Below are positions 15,486 to 26,985 of a stretch of 30,189 nt of DNA, piece by piece. This DNA comes from Candidatus Micrarchaeia archaeon. GTDB taxonomy: Archaea; Micrarchaeota; Micrarchaeia; Micrarchaeales; CABMGC01. Each line of letters begins with the position of its first letter. The first letter of the stretch is position 1. The position numbers and the translations under genes were made by a program. The stretch spans positions 1-30,189 of the forward strand of contig JBMFWW010000008.1 in the NCBI GenBank assembly GCA_049964835.1, in the 5' to 3' direction. The notes under the pieces were generated by a model. It was not told the origin of the DNA, made no database searches, and saw nothing but the letters and a program-made list of their open reading frames with translations.

Positions 15486-17714
15486 TTACTCAATTTCAAT
15501 CTTGTCCTTTCCAATACTAGCCTTCTTTTTAGTTGTTTTTGACCTTTTACCGCTCTTCTTCTTTGGTTTTTTTGATATTTTTGTAGCTTTCTTAGTATTA
15601 TCTCCTTCAATTTTTATAACTTTTTCATTGTTAGTTATTTTAGGAGAAGAACTTTGATTTTCATCCTTCTTACCCCAATTTTTTTTAGTTTCACAGTTTG
15701 TATCTAAGCACATTTCAAATACCTTGCCTTTTGAAAAGACCTTGACCTTAGGCGTTCCACATTTTTCACATACCTTTTTCATAGGAATTATCTTTGCATA
15801 TTGTGGCAACGGATAAGTGTTATTGCATTTTGGCCAGTTAGAACAACCTACAAATGACTTTCCTATTCTAGATCTGCGCAAGAGTAAGTCACCGCCACAT
15901 TTATTACATATACCTAGTATATTTGATTTTTCACTTTCTTTAAGACCTTCCGAGAGTTCCTTTCCTATGTTGTTACCATTTTTATTAAAATCATCTATTA
16001 TCTTCTTTATAAGCTCCTGCCCCTCCTCTATTATTTTATGTTCATCTAGCTCGCCTTTAGCTACCTTTTCCATATCCTCTTCGAGCTTTCTTGTCATTTC
16101 CTCATTTAATATTTCATTAGCATACTTATCTAGCGCTTTATAAACGCTCATTCCGAATTCGGTTACCTCTATCTTAGAGTTTGATATGTATCCTCTATCG
16201 AATAATGTGTCTATTATGGCTGCTCTTGTAGCCTTTGTTCCTAGCTCCTTCTTTTCTAAGGTGCTTATTAGCCCTGCCTTTCCATATCTTTTAGGTGGTT
16301 CGGTCTGCGCCTCCTTGATGTAAGCATCTTCTAATGAAACCTCAGAGCCAACTTCAAGCATAGGTATCTCTAACTCCTTAGGTTTGTAATATGGTTCATA
16401 AAATGATAGCCAGCCCTTTTCCTTTACAACATCTCCTACTATATGATATTTTTCACCGTTAGCATCTATTGTCAATGAGCGTTTTTCCATCTTTGAGTAC
16501 TCGGCAAAACACGATAAAAACCTCTTAACTATTAAATCATAGATCTTTGCCTCCTCAGGCGTTAGCTTTTTAGGCAGAACCCCTGTTGGATATATTGCAG
16601 GATGTGCTTCATCTTGTTTTGCTCCTTCATTAGGTCTAATTCTATTTTTATCAAGAAGCTCTTTTACTTTTTCTGCATATGTTTCATTTTTCGCTATTTC
16701 CTCTAAAATCTTTTTAAGCCCTAATGTATAAGGTAATTTTTGAGAAGAGGTTCTAGGATATGATATATATGATTTTTCATATAATGATTGCGCAATAGCA
16801 AGAGTTCTTGACGGATCTATTCTAAATACCTTACTTGCTTCTAACTGCAGTGATGTTAAGTCGAATGGTGGAAAAGGAGCATGAAGTTCATCTTTTACAA
16901 ACAGCTCTTCGACAATTGCTTTGCCATCTTTAGTTTTTTTAAGACCTTCTTCAGCAACACCCTTTTCGAATATACTTCCCTTTTTATTTTCAAGTTCTAA
17001 TCCATTTGTCTTTATAAAAAGCTTCCAATATGGTTTAGGAACAAAGTTCTTAATCTCTAACTCTCTTTTTGCAAGTATACCTAATGTAGGTCCTTGAACT
17101 CTTCCTATACTAAGAACCTTTTTTACTCCTACTGAAGATAGTGAGCGCATAAGTGCTCTGCTTAGATTGATGCCCCAGTACCAATCAAGCATATGTCTTG
17201 CTTCTCCTGCAAAAAAGTTGTTAAAGTCGAATTTACCAGTTTCATTATATGAACGTACTAAGTCTGGTTTTGTCGTTGTAGAAAAGTGCATTCTACCTAT
17301 GTTTTCATTTTTAAGTTCTTTATTGACGTCATTATTCAGAACAAACTTTAGTATGTTTGTTCCTATCACAGTACCTTCTAAATCGTAGTCGCATGCATTT
17401 ATGAAGTAGTTGCACCTTCTTGCTATATCTGTAATTGTATCTAGATATTTTTTTGTGAAGTAAGAACTTTCATTTACCTTATATGAAGGTATCCACTGTA
17501 TATCAAATACTGGCAGTTCTTTTTTCTCTTTGTCCTTTTGCTGTAATGTAAAAAGATGTCCTGCAGCAGCAACAATGAATAGTGTGTCATCACCACTTTG
17601 AACTTCAAAGTAGCCAACTCCATTATTGTTGTATCTTTTAGGCTGCGAATCACCAAGTGAAAGAGCCACTCGAAGAGCAACGCTTGGTTTTTCAGCTATT
17701 ATAAGTTTATTCAT
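15486..17714 (-). CDS. topA: DNA topoisomerase I (type IA) with C-terminal Zn ribbons and a Lys-rich tail
   Basis: IIAEKPS, GHL, NACDYDLEG (TOPRIM), SIGRVQGPTL, catalytic ISYPRT, AHPAIYPT, LGTKATRA, two C4 motifs. Confidence 0.97.
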   Translation of the reverse strand: MNKLIIAEKPSVALRVALSLGDSQPKRYNNNGVGYFEVQSGDDTLFIVAAAGHLFTLQQKDKEKKELPVFDIQWIPSYKVNESSYFTKKYLDTITDIARRCNYFINACDYDLEGTVIGTNILKFVLNNDVNKELKNENIGRMHFSTTTKPDLVRSYNETGKFDFNNFFAGEARHMLDWYWGINLSRALMRSLSSVGVKKVLSIGRVQGPTLGILAKRELEIKNFVPKPYWKLFIKTNGLELENKKGSIFEKGVAEEGLKKTKDGKAIVEELFVKDELHAPFPPFDLTSLQLEASKVFRIDPSRTLAIAQSLYEKSYISYPRTSSQKLPYTLGLKKILEEIAKNETYAEKVKELLDKNRIRPNEGAKQDEAHPAIYPTGVLPKKLTPEEAKIYDLIVKRFLSCFAEYSKMEKRSLTIDANGEKYHIVGDVVKEKGWLSFYEPYYKPKELEIPMLEVGSEVSLEDAYIKEAQTEPPKRYGKAGLISTLEKKELGTKATRAAIIDTLFDRGYISNSKIEVTEFGMSVYKALDKYANEILNEEMTRKLEEDMEKVAKGELDEHKIIEEGQELIKKIIDDFNKNGNNIGKELSEGLKESEKSNILGICNKCGGDLLLRRSRIGKSFVGCSNWPKCNNTYPLPQYAKIIPMKKVCEKCGTPKVKVFSKGKVFEMCLDTNCETKKNWGKKDENQSSSPKITNNEKVIKIEGDNTKKATKISKKPKKKSGKRSKTTKKKASIGKDKIEIE

Positions 17715-17808
17715 TTTTATTCCTTAATCTTTTCCAAGATATTTTAATATAACTGCATAAGTGCTTTGACCTAGAACTTATAAAAAAGTATCCGAATCAA
17801 ACAAAAAG

Positions 17809-18039
17809 CTAACTTCTTGTTTTTTTGCTTGAAGTTTTTTTTAGTACAGTACTTTCATTAGATATTCTTAAGGACATATACAATCCTATTATTATAGTTA
17901 ATACTGCTAAAACTCCAAATATTACTCCAGCTCCCACATAGAAGTACGACAAAATAGTAATTATACCTAATATAAGCATAAATATTGCTAAAAAGAAGTT
18001 TTGTCTTTCATATTCTGATAAATTGGATATAGATTCCAT
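17809..18039 (-). CDS. Small 2-TM hypothetical membrane protein
   Basis: Two hydrophobic helices and a basic tail. TTTAAA box about 25 nt upstream. Confidence 0.65.
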   Translation of the reverse strand: MESISNLSEYERQNFFLAIFMLILGIITILSYFYVGAGVIFGVLAVLTIIIGLYMSLRISNESTVLKKTSSKKTRS

Positions 18040-18128
18040 ATATCTTAATTTAGATGCTAAACTTTAAATTCTTTCCCTAATTTTCAATAAATGCACATAA
18101 ATATATGGCGGAAAATAAATCTTTGATA

Positions 18129-18644
18129 GGAACTTGACAAATCAAATAACTTATGGTTTTATATAATTTGGAGGTTTTTCTCTTCTCCTTTTTCGTAGTA
18201 AAGATGGATTACTGTGAGTCTCCCAACAGATGCAACAAGCGCATCGGTCAAATGCCAGGAGAACGAAAACATGGAAATATACGAGTTAAAGAATAAAATA
18301 GTAGATGTTTGGGCCGCTGCACGCGTAACTGTGCAGAAGTATGGGCATACGCGGAAGTTTGCAAAACATCTTGTTGCTCTTGCAATAAAACAAATAGAGA
18401 ACTTCAACGGTGTTAAACTTGTTCATTTTCTTATTAATAATAAGATTGGAAGAATTCTCGGCTATAAGAAAACTTTACACGAATCAACGTTTTCAAAGGT
18501 TAGAGGAAGGTCAGATCCGATGACGTTTCAAGATTTGATAAATCGGATCGTTGAAGATATTTTCTTACATTCTCGGTTATCTTATTAGTTATTGAGGGTA
18601 CTTTTTGAAATTGACGAGGTGAATGAATGTAAATGTCAACTCCC
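18129..18644 (+). mobile_element. Internally deleted IS (IS5/IS4-like DDE type), non-autonomous
   Basis: Imperfect terminal IRs GGAACTTGACA (18129-18139) and TGTCAACTCCC (18634-18644), each flanked by TA. Encloses a truncated ORF with the transposase N-terminal motif RILGY..LHESTFSKVR. Confidence 0.75.
18214..18588 (+). pseudogene. Truncated transposase (N-terminal DUF772-like domain only)
   Basis: LVALAIKQIEN...LVHFL....IGRILGYKKTLHESTFSKVR. No DDE domain follows before the right IR. Confidence 0.65.
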
Positions 18645-18717
18645 TATCTTAGATATATGATAAAGGATTATAAACTTATACTAATTATATGTAAGTGTTA
18701 TAATTGAAGGTTAATTT

Positions 18718-19035
18718 ATGGGAGAAATGGACTCTATCTCTGGCATAATAAGTGTTGAAGAAAAAAACAAGAGTTTAATGGCAAAGCTAAACAAGGAAAA
18801 AGAAGTAGCATTATATAGAGCAAGAATAGATGCTGAAAAGATGGTTCAAGATGCAACTGAAAAGGCCAATAAAATAAAGGTAGATGCCATATCTAAGGCA
18901 ACCCATGATGCAGAAAAGCTTCACAATAGCATGATACAAAGTGCAGAGTTAAAAGCAAAAAAGATAGTTGTTATGAAGTTAAGCAAAGAAAAAGAAAAGC
19001 AGATAATTAACGAATTCATAAATATCTTACTTTAA
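18718..19035 (+). CDS. atpH: A-type ATP synthase subunit H (G)
   Basis: Short A/E/K-rich coiled coil, first gene of the operon. Confidence 0.75.
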   Translation: MGEMDSISGIISVEEKNKSLMAKLNKEKEVALYRARIDAEKMVQDATEKANKIKVDAISKATHDAEKLHNSMIQSAELKAKKIVVMKLSKEKEKQIINEFINILL

Positions 19036-19051
19036 TTTTATTTGTGTATTT

Positions 19052-20959
19052 ATGTTCAGAACAGAAAAAATGAGCAAAATAAGAATAATATGCCTACAGG
19101 AAGATATGGAAAATGCTATAAAAGCACTTCATAATTTAGGCATGATAGAGCTTAGGCGCTCAAAGTTGCAGTTAAGAGAGGATCAGCAAAGCGATTACTC
19201 TAATAAATTAAATGAGTTTTTAATAAAGGTTGATGGCGCAGTATCAATACTAAACTCATCAATAGCTTCAGATAAAAAGTATAAAAATGCTAAATTAAAA
19301 AATATTAAAAAAGCGCAAACACAAAATCAAAAGCATTTATCATTTGAAGAGCTATCAAAGAAAATAAATTCAGATGCAAAGCTATCAGAAGTATACGAAT
19401 TAAATACATTAAGAAAGACCATTGAAGATGAGCTGAAGTTAGCAAAATATGCAAAGAGTGTAGCAGAGAAGCTTACAAATATAGATATAAACTTTTCAAA
19501 GCTTAGCAGCGATTTACTACATATTAAAGCATTTGAGTTTAAAAATAAAGATGTAAAATCAATACTTAAAAAATTGAGTGCAATTAAAAATATAGAAGTA
19601 ATACATGCAAAAAACAAATCAGATACAGTTCTAATACTTGCATATCCCAAAGAGTTATCATTAGATGAAATAGTAAAGAGTTATGATTATACAGAACTTG
19701 ATTTATCTTCTAAATATCTTACGGGTAAACCTTCTCAAGTTATTTCTTCAATGAAAAAACTTATAGAAAAGCTTGAAAGCCAAAACAACTCTTTAATGGA
19801 AAAGACAAAAAGTTTGTATGAAAGTTCTATTGTAAGATTTTTATCATATTCTGAAATGCTTGGCATAGAGCTTTCACGATCAAACGCATCATTAGTATTC
19901 AAAAAAACAGATTACACCTCTATTATAGAGGGCTGGATACCAACAAAGAAGCAAAAGATTATTACAACAACACTAGAAAAAAGTCTTAATAAAAAGGTAT
20001 TTATAGAAAATATAGAGGATAAAGAAGAGCTTGCTCCAACATTGATAAATCATCCGAAATTTCTGCGATCATTTGATTATATGCTTGAGTTTTTTTCATT
20101 ACCAAAGAGTGATGAAATAGATCCATCGTGGATTTTTATACTTTCATTTCCTATTTTTTACGGATTTATGATCTCTGACGTGGGCTACGGAATAATGTCA
20201 TTGATTCTTGCAACATTTATAAAAAGAAAAACTGATCCTAACGGTCTTATGTATAATACTGCCACACTCTGGCAGATAAATGCCTTTTCTGCAATGTTTT
20301 TTGGATTCTTATCAAATCAATATCTCGGGATGCCATTTAATCAGTTCTTTACCGGATTTCAAGGCTTAAATTGGTTTACAGATATAAGTTACATTGCTGT
20401 AATATCAATAGTATTTGGACTTATACAGATTCTTTTAGGTCTTGTATTCGGATTTATAAATGAGTACAGACATCACAAGAGAAAACTTGCAGCTGCAAAG
20501 TTAACCTCATTTATTTTAGTACTTTCAGGTACCTTTGCAATAGCTGGAGGACTATTCGGAGCGCTAAGCTATAATTTAACTATTCTAAGTACAATAGTGG
20601 CAATTTTATCATTAATACTAACATTAGTACTTAGTGGAGAACGTGCATTAGAGGTAATAGACTTAATATCGCACACGCTAAGTTACATGAGAATAATGGG
20701 TTTTGGACTTGCGAGCGTAATTATAGCATTTTTAATAGACTTTGCATTTACTCCTAAGTTAAGCGACGGTCCATTATTATTCATATTTTATTTAGTAATA
20801 TTTTTATTATTACATGTATTAAATATGATTGTATCTATCTTTGAGGGATTGGTTCAAGGATTAAGGCTCAACTTTGTAGAGTTTTTTACAAAGTTCTATG
20901 AAGGGGGAGGCGTTAAGTTCAAGCCATTTTCCTACAAAAGAGTTTATACTAAAGAATAA
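19052..20959 (+). CDS. atpI: A-type ATP synthase subunit I (a)
   Basis: MFRTEKMSK, IEGWIP, EIDPS, FPIFYGFMISDVGYG, SYMRI (essential Arg), LRLNFVEFFTKFYEGGG. Confidence 0.96.
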   Translation: MFRTEKMSKIRIICLQEDMENAIKALHNLGMIELRRSKLQLREDQQSDYSNKLNEFLIKVDGAVSILNSSIASDKKYKNAKLKNIKKAQTQNQKHLSFEELSKKINSDAKLSEVYELNTLRKTIEDELKLAKYAKSVAEKLTNIDINFSKLSSDLLHIKAFEFKNKDVKSILKKLSAIKNIEVIHAKNKSDTVLILAYPKELSLDEIVKSYDYTELDLSSKYLTGKPSQVISSMKKLIEKLESQNNSLMEKTKSLYESSIVRFLSYSEMLGIELSRSNASLVFKKTDYTSIIEGWIPTKKQKIITTTLEKSLNKKVFIENIEDKEELAPTLINHPKFLRSFDYMLEFFSLPKSDEIDPSWIFILSFPIFYGFMISDVGYGIMSLILATFIKRKTDPNGLMYNTATLWQINAFSAMFFGFLSNQYLGMPFNQFFTGFQGLNWFTDISYIAVISIVFGLIQILLGLVFGFINEYRHHKRKLAAAKLTSFILVLSGTFAIAGGLFGALSYNLTILSTIVAILSLILTLVLSGERALEVIDLISHTLSYMRIMGFGLASVIIAFLIDFAFTPKLSDGPLLFIFYLVIFLLLHVLNMIVSIFEGLVQGLRLNFVEFFTKFYEGGGVKFKPFSYKRVYTKE

Positions 20960-20973
20960 AATTTGGTGAAAAA

Positions 20974-21210
20974 ATGTCAATAACATTAGAAGCAGCAATA
21001 GCTTCAATAGGAGCAGGACTTGCTATATTCGGTGGAGCCGTAGGAACAGGAATAGCTCAATCTGGAATAGGAAGCGCAGGAATGGGTCTCTTGGCAGAAA
21101 AGCCTGAGGAAATAGGAAAGGTAATACTATTTTTGGTAATACCTGAAACACTTGTAATTTTCGGTTTGGTAATCGCAATACTAATCGCACTATCAGCTGG
21201 AATAATATAA
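20974..21210 (+). CDS. atpK: A-type ATP synthase subunit K (c, proteolipid), single hairpin
   Basis: GTGIAQSGIG...AEKPE...IPETLVIFGL with the ion-binding Glu. RBS GGTGA. Confidence 0.95.
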   Translation: MSITLEAAIASIGAGLAIFGGAVGTGIAQSGIGSAGMGLLAEKPEEIGKVILFLVIPETLVIFGLVIAILIALSAGII

Positions 21211-21220
21211 AGGTGCAGTG

Positions 21221-21781
21221 ATGGGCCTTTCTGAGTTGAAAAACCAGATAGAGAAAAAGTCCAGACATGACTTTGAGGTAGAAAAAAGGTCATTTTTAGA
21301 GGAGCAAAGTTCAATTATTAGAGAAGCAAGAAAGAAAGCAGAGGAGATAATAAAAGAGGCAAAGCAGGAAGCGTCAAACCTTTCAGAGAGTATACTCTCT
21401 GAAGCAAAGGCAGAATCAGAGTCCGAGTCTAATGCAATAATAGCTATGGCTGTAGAGTCGAGAATATCCTCTGCTATAGCAGATATGCAGGATACAGCAA
21501 TAAAAGCTTTGTTAAATAAGGAAAAGGAAATAGTAAAATCAGCTATAAAATCCTTTTCAAAGATAGTTGATATCCCTTCGTCTACCTTTGAGTCAAATAA
21601 GGACAACATAGAACTGGCGAAGGGCTTTGCAAAGAAGTTAGTGAACAATAAAATAAATGGGGTTATTCTTACCTCGTCTGATGGAAGTATAGTACTAGAC
21701 GCAACGGTGGAAAATATACTCTCTAGCAATATAGATAAACTTAGAGGAGTTGTTCAGAAAAATATCTTAAAAGAGCAGTGA
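21221..21781 (+). CDS. atpE: A-type ATP synthase subunit E
   Basis: MGLSEL start, long coiled coil, C-terminal GVILTSSDGSIVLDAT, operon position. Confidence 0.88.
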   Translation: MGLSELKNQIEKKSRHDFEVEKRSFLEEQSSIIREARKKAEEIIKEAKQEASNLSESILSEAKAESESESNAIIAMAVESRISSAIADMQDTAIKALLNKEKEIVKSAIKSFSKIVDIPSSTFESNKDNIELAKGFAKKLVNNKINGVILTSSDGSIVLDATVENILSSNIDKLRGVVQKNILKEQ

Positions 21782-21787
21782 TAAAGA

Positions 21788-22846
21788 ATGTTACAAAGCC
21801 GTTCTACAATGTATGGGTATGCAAGTACAAGAGCAAAAGGCATGCGCTCTTATCTACTATCAAAGCAACAGATGCAGAGTATAATTTCTTCAAAGGATAT
21901 TAACTCACTGTTGTCTATATTAAATCAGACAACATACAGCAAATCACTTTCTAAATTCGGAGGGGTTGAGGTTAAGGCATCTTTGATAGATTATGCATTG
22001 AGCGACGATATGGCACAGCATATGATAGCGGTAATGAGGCTCACTCCAAATCAGGACAAATCAACAATGCGGAGTATAGTTGGTAGATGGGATTTACACA
22101 ACATAAAAATAGCATTAGAAGCAAAGGCGAGCAAGAGATCCTTTGATGACATCTCAAGTTTTATAATAGATTATGGCCAATACAACAAACTCAAAATAAA
22201 GGAGGTAATGAATGAAGACTCAATAGAACATATGCTTCAAAGATTCATTATAAACTCTAACTATTCTGACATATTATCTCAAGCTCTCGAGAGGTACTCT
22301 TCCACAAAGAGTGTTTCAGAAACGATAAATACAATAAATGCGCTTTACTATAAAAATATTTCAAAAAGTATGTCTCAGCTTTCAAGCAAAGGCGAGAGGG
22401 CTGCAAGAGTTATACGTCTAGAGATAGACATGAGAAATATAACTACACTTATAAAAGGAAGGGCGCTCTCTCTTGATTTTTCTAACATAACCCACATATT
22501 AATAAGTAATGGGAACATAAATCAAGTAGAGCTTAAAAAGATCTATACTACTTCTGATTCAATCGAGTCACTTATATCAAAGATAACGCTCTTTGATTTA
22601 AAGCCCGCTCTAGAAAGTTATAAGAAAAACAAGCGATTATTAGTCTTTGAAATATCAATGCGAAGCAAAATCTTCGCATTGGCAATTAATGCAATAACAC
22701 AAAGTGTGCTCTCGCTTACAACTGTTATAGCATATGTTTACTTAAAAGAGATAGAGCTATCTGTATTGCGTGCTGTAATAACAGGTAAGGAGTATGGCTT
22801 AGATAAGGATGAGCTATCAGGGTTGATGATTTGGAAAGCAGAGTAA
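21788..22846 (+). CDS. atpC: A-type ATP synthase subunit C
   Basis: YGYASTRAKGM...LL, RWDLHNIK, EIDMRNI, YVYLKEIE..LR.VI.GK. Confidence 0.92.
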   Translation: MLQSRSTMYGYASTRAKGMRSYLLSKQQMQSIISSKDINSLLSILNQTTYSKSLSKFGGVEVKASLIDYALSDDMAQHMIAVMRLTPNQDKSTMRSIVGRWDLHNIKIALEAKASKRSFDDISSFIIDYGQYNKLKIKEVMNEDSIEHMLQRFIINSNYSDILSQALERYSSTKSVSETINTINALYYKNISKSMSQLSSKGERAARVIRLEIDMRNITTLIKGRALSLDFSNITHILISNGNINQVELKKIYTTSDSIESLISKITLFDLKPALESYKKNKRLLVFEISMRSKIFALAINAITQSVLSLTTVIAYVYLKEIELSVLRAVITGKEYGLDKDELSGLMIWKAE

Positions 22847-23178
22847 ATAACAGTTATAAAATTGGGTTTGTCGGGGGAGAGGAGCTAAAACTAGGCTTAA
22901 AACTCGTAGGTATTAGAAATGCTTTTTCTGTTCAAGATGGGCAAGAAGCCGAGTCTAAAATAGGAGAACTAATGCAAAATAAAGAGATAGGAATAATAAT
23001 TATTTCATCAAAGATACTACACGAAATAAAAGATAGAAGGATACTTAACGCAATAGACACAAGTATACTGCCTTTGTTTGTAGAGGTTCCAGATTACGGT
23101 TCTAACTACACACCAGATACTTTAGGAAGGCTCATACTGCGCGCTATAGGTATAGATATAACTAAAATGGGTAATTAA
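22831..23178 (+). CDS. atpF: A-type ATP synthase subunit F
   Basis: KIGFVG....LGLKLVGI, IGIIII, P.FVEVP, LI.RAIGIDI. Confidence 0.92.
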   Translation: MESRVNNSYKIGFVGGEELKLGLKLVGIRNAFSVQDGQEAESKIGELMQNKEIGIIIISSKILHEIKDRRILNAIDTSILPLFVEVPDYGSNYTPDTLGRLILRAIGIDITKMGN

Positions 23179-24969
23179 ATGGGAATCATAAATAGAATTT
23201 CAGGACCGCTTGTAATAGCAAACTCAATGCTAGGTGCAAGCATGTATGATGTTGTAAAAGTAGGAAATGAAAAACTTATCGGTGAGATAATTCAATTAAA
23301 GGCCGATAAAGCGGTAATACAGGTTTACGAGGATACTACCGGTTTAAAGCCCGGAGAGCCTGTTGAGTCTACCTCACTTCCTTTATCTGTTGAGTTAGGG
23401 CCAGGACTTTTAGGTATGATTTATGATGGTATTCAAAGGCCTTTAGAAGAGCTTGAAAAGAAGAGCGGCAGCTTCATAAGCAAGGGAATAGAAGCGAATG
23501 CATTAAATAATAGAAAAAAATGGCACTTCATTCCAGACAAATCAATTAAAAAAGGAGCAACAGTTAAACAAGGTATGGTAATAGGCTACGTACAAGAAAC
23601 TGAAACATTAAAACATTATATAATGATTCCGGAGGGTGTATCTGGAAAGATTACCTCTATAAAAAGCGGTAACTTTACAATAACAGAAAAGATAGCTGAG
23701 GTAGAAAACAGAGGTAAGAAGTATCAAATAACAATGCTTCAGAAGCGTTCTGTTAGAAAGCCTTCGCCATTCAAAAGAAAGTTTAAATCAGAAGATCCAC
23801 TTATAACTGGGCAAAGAATAATAGATACATTATTTCCTGTAGCAAAGGGAGGAACGGCTGCAGTTCCTGGGCCGTTCGGAGCCGGAAAAACGGTAATACA
23901 ACACTCACTTGCAAAGTACTCTGACGCAGAGATAGTTGTATACATAGGTTGTGGAGAGAGAGGAAATGAAATGACTGAGATACTTTCAGAATTTCCTCAT
24001 CTTAAGGATCCAAAAACTGGAAAATCACTTATGGAAAGAACGGTATTGATAGCAAATACAAGTAATATGCCAGTAGCTGCAAGAGAGGCAAGCATATATA
24101 CAGGTATAACAATAGCTGAGTACTTTAGAGATATGGGTTATAACATTGCAATAATGGCCGATTCAACATCACGTTGGGCTGAGGCTATGCGAGAGATCTC
24201 TGCAAGATTAGAAGAGATGCCTGGAGAGGAAGGATATCCAGCTTATCTTCCAAAGAGGCTTGCCGAGTATTATGAAAGGGGCGGCAGTGTAGAGTCTATA
24301 AATGGAAGAAAGGGCTCAATAACGCTTATAGGAGCAGTATCTCCACCTGGTGGAGACATATCTGAACCGGTATCTCAGGGTACCTTAAGAGTTGTAAAAA
24401 CCTTCTGGTCATTAGATGCATCTTTAGCAAGGTCAAAACACTTTCCATCAATAAACTGGCTTAATAGCTACTCATTATACTTAGATATACTCGAGCCTTG
24501 GTATATAAAAAATATAAACGAGGAGTTCGTATTCGATAAAAAGGAGGTAATGAAGCTTCTTCAAAGAGAGGCCGAGTTAAAGGACATTGTTCAGCTAGTC
24601 GGAGAGGACGCACTGCCAGAAACCGAGCGTATAATACTACTATTGGGAAGAATAATACGAGAAGATTATCTAAGGCAAAATGCATATGATGATATAGATG
24701 CCTATACATCTATGAAAAAACAAGCTGGTATGTTAAGTGCAATAATGCTTTTCTCCACGCTAGCTAGGAAAGCAGTAAAAGAGGGCGTGAGCATAAGTAA
24801 AATATCTTCTCTTCAATGCAAGTCTGATATTTCAAGAATGAAAACTGTAAAGGAGGAAAACCTTGAGGCACATATTAAAACACTAAAGTCAAAGATAACC
24901 TCAGAGTTTAACGCATTAGTAAAGGCAGAAAAGACAACAACTGAGTTTGTTGCAAACAACAAAAAGTGA
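23179..24969 (+). CDS. atpA: A-type ATP synthase subunit A (catalytic), no intein
   Basis: [47 protein letters not shown]. Confidence 0.98.
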   Translation: MGIINRISGPLVIANSMLGASMYDVVKVGNEKLIGEIIQLKADKAVIQVYEDTTGLKPGEPVESTSLPLSVELGPGLLGMIYDGIQRPLEELEKKSGSFISKGIEANALNNRKKWHFIPDKSIKKGATVKQGMVIGYVQETETLKHYIMIPEGVSGKITSIKSGNFTITEKIAEVENRGKKYQITMLQKRSVRKPSPFKRKFKSEDPLITGQRIIDTLFPVAKGGTAAVPGPFGAGKTVIQHSLAKYSDAEIVVYIGCGERGNEMTEILSEFPHLKDPKTGKSLMERTVLIANTSNMPVAAREASIYTGITIAEYFRDMGYNIAIMADSTSRWAEAMREISARLEEMPGEEGYPAYLPKRLAEYYERGGSVESINGRKGSITLIGAVSPPGGDISEPVSQGTLRVVKTFWSLDASLARSKHFPSINWLNSYSLYLDILEPWYIKNINEEFVFDKKEVMKLLQREAELKDIVQLVGEDALPETERIILLLGRIIREDYLRQNAYDDIDAYTSMKKQAGMLSAIMLFSTLARKAVKEGVSISKISSLQCKSDISRMKTVKEENLEAHIKTLKSKITSEFNALVKAEKTTTEFVANNKK

Positions 24970-24973
24970 GTTT

Positions 24974-26353
24974 ATGAACTTCGATATAGAGTATAAAACA
25001 ATAGAAAGTGTTGCTGGACCTCTTATAGTTGTAGGTCAGGTAAAAGCAGCATCTTACAATGAAATAGTAAAAATAAAACTTCAAAACGGCGAAATTAGGC
25101 TTGGCCAAGTTTTAGACACAAGCGAAGGAAAGGCAGTAGTACAGGTGTTCGGTCCTACAAACGGAATAAACATAAACAAGACCTCTGTAAACTTTTTAGG
25201 TGAGACCTTTACAGTAGGGGTTAGTGATAAAATGATGGGAAGAATTTTCGATGGTCAAGGACGTCCAAGAGACTCTGGTTCTCCAATTCAATCAAAGGAA
25301 AAAAGAGATATAAATGGCTATCCTATAAATCCAGTATCAAGACTTTTTCCAAGCGATTTCATCGAAACAGGAATATCTACAATAGATGGACTTAATACTC
25401 TTGTTAGAGGACAAAAGCTTCCTATCTTTTCTGGGTCTGGTCTTCCTCATAATCAGCTTGCGGCGCAGATCACTAGGCAAGCAAAGGTAAAAAACAAGAA
25501 TGAAAGCTTTGCAGTTGTCTTTGCAGGTATAGGCATAACTTATGATGATGCAGAGTACTTCACAAATGAGTTTAGAAGAACTGGCGCTTTAAATAGGACC
25601 GTTGCATTTATTAATCTTGCAGACGATCCAAGTATAGAACGTATACTTACTCCAAGGCTCGCACTTACAACCGCAGAGTATCTTGCATATGAAAAGGGTA
25701 TGCATGTACTCGTAATTTTGCACGACATGACCAACTATGCAGAAGCATTAAGAGAGTTGTCTAGCGCAAGAGAGGAGGTTCCTGGAAGAAGAGGATATCC
25801 TGGTTACATGTATACAGATCTTGCAAGTTTGTATGAGCGTGCAGGAGTAATAAAGGGTAAAAAGGGTTCAATAACACAGCTAGATATACTCACAATGCCT
25901 AGCGATGACTTAACGCATCCAATACCTGATCTTACTGGTTATATTACAGAAGGACAGATCTTCCTTAGCAGGCAGTTAAACAACAAAGGAATATATCCGC
26001 CTATAAATCCTATAGGTTCACTGTCAAGATTGATGGGTAATGGAATAGGCGAAGGGAAAACTAGGGAGGACCACAAAGGCGTTTCAGATCAGTTGCTTGG
26101 TGCTTACTCAAGAGTACAAGAGGCTAAGGATTTAAGCTCAATAGTAGGAATTGAGGCATTAAGCGACACAGATAAACTATATCTTAAATTCGGAGAGGCC
26201 TTCGAAGAAAAGTTTATCAAACAGGGTTTTGATGAAAACAGAAGCATAGAAAAAACGCTAGACATCGGCTGGGAGGTTCTATCTATACTACCAGAAACGG
26301 AGCTAACAAGAATAAAAGAGGAGCACATCAAAAAGTATTACAAAAAGGCATAA
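24974..26353 (+). CDS. atpB: A-type ATP synthase subunit B
   Basis: [45 protein letters not shown]. Probable ATG at 24974. Confidence 0.98.
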   Translation: MNFDIEYKTIESVAGPLIVVGQVKAASYNEIVKIKLQNGEIRLGQVLDTSEGKAVVQVFGPTNGININKTSVNFLGETFTVGVSDKMMGRIFDGQGRPRDSGSPIQSKEKRDINGYPINPVSRLFPSDFIETGISTIDGLNTLVRGQKLPIFSGSGLPHNQLAAQITRQAKVKNKNESFAVVFAGIGITYDDAEYFTNEFRRTGALNRTVAFINLADDPSIERILTPRLALTTAEYLAYEKGMHVLVILHDMTNYAEALRELSSAREEVPGRRGYPGYMYTDLASLYERAGVIKGKKGSITQLDILTMPSDDLTHPIPDLTGYITEGQIFLSRQLNNKGIYPPINPIGSLSRLMGNGIGEGKTREDHKGVSDQLLGAYSRVQEAKDLSSIVGIEALSDTDKLYLKFGEAFEEKFIKQGFDENRSIEKTLDIGWEVLSILPETELTRIKEEHIKKYYKKA

Positions 26354-26364
26354 GTGTTTTTTAA

Positions 26365-26985
26365 ATGGAAAAGATAAATCCAACAAGAATTAATCTAATA
26401 AAAACTAAGGAAAGGACCAAAACCGCTAGTAAGGGTTACACTATACTTAAGAAAAAAAGAGAGGCACTTGTACTCGAATTTCTAAAATTATTGAAAGAGT
26501 CTGGAAATGATCGTGATCACTTATATAACATACTTCAAAGAGCATACAAAACCGTTGCATTGTCAACTGCATACTCTGGAAACTTTGAGCTAGAATCATC
26601 TGGAGAACAGGTTGCAGAAGCAGACGCAATAAGAATCTCTATAAAAAACATAATGGGGGTAAAAATACCAGAAACTTCAAAGATGGAGTTTGAGAAAAAA
26701 CCGGACACGTTGTTATCTACAAACACCTCAATTGTCGATGTTAAACTCTCCTTTAATGAGGTTTTGAATACACTACTTGATGTTGCACAAAGAGAGCAGG
26801 GCTTAAAGAGGCTTGTTTTAGAAATCGAAAAAACAAAAAGAAGGGTAAATGCTCTTGATTACATAGTAATACCAGGACTAAAATCACAAGCAAAGTACAT
26901 CTCAATGCGTCTTGAAGAATTTGATAGAGACACCTTTTCAGCATTGAAGCATGTAAAGAAAAAGTTATCAAAGGTAGAAAAATGA
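26365..26985 (+). CDS. atpD: A-type ATP synthase subunit D
   Basis: INPTRINL, GYTILKKKREAL, NIMGVKIP, EIEKTKRRVNALDYIVIP. Confidence 0.96.
   Translation: MEKINPTRINLIKTKERTKTASKGYTILKKKREALVLEFLKLLKESGNDRDHLYNILQRAYKTVALSTAYSGNFELESSGEQVAEADAIRISIKNIMGVKIPETSKMEFEKKPDTLLSTNTSIVDVKLSFNEVLNTLLDVAQREQGLKRLVLEIEKTKRRVNALDYIVIPGLKSQAKYISMRLEEFDRDTFSALKHVKKKLSKVEK

Noticed and set aside
23179..24969. Intein in ATP synthase subunit A
   Set aside because: The 596-aa length and uninterrupted GKT and GCGERGNE motifs show no insertion.
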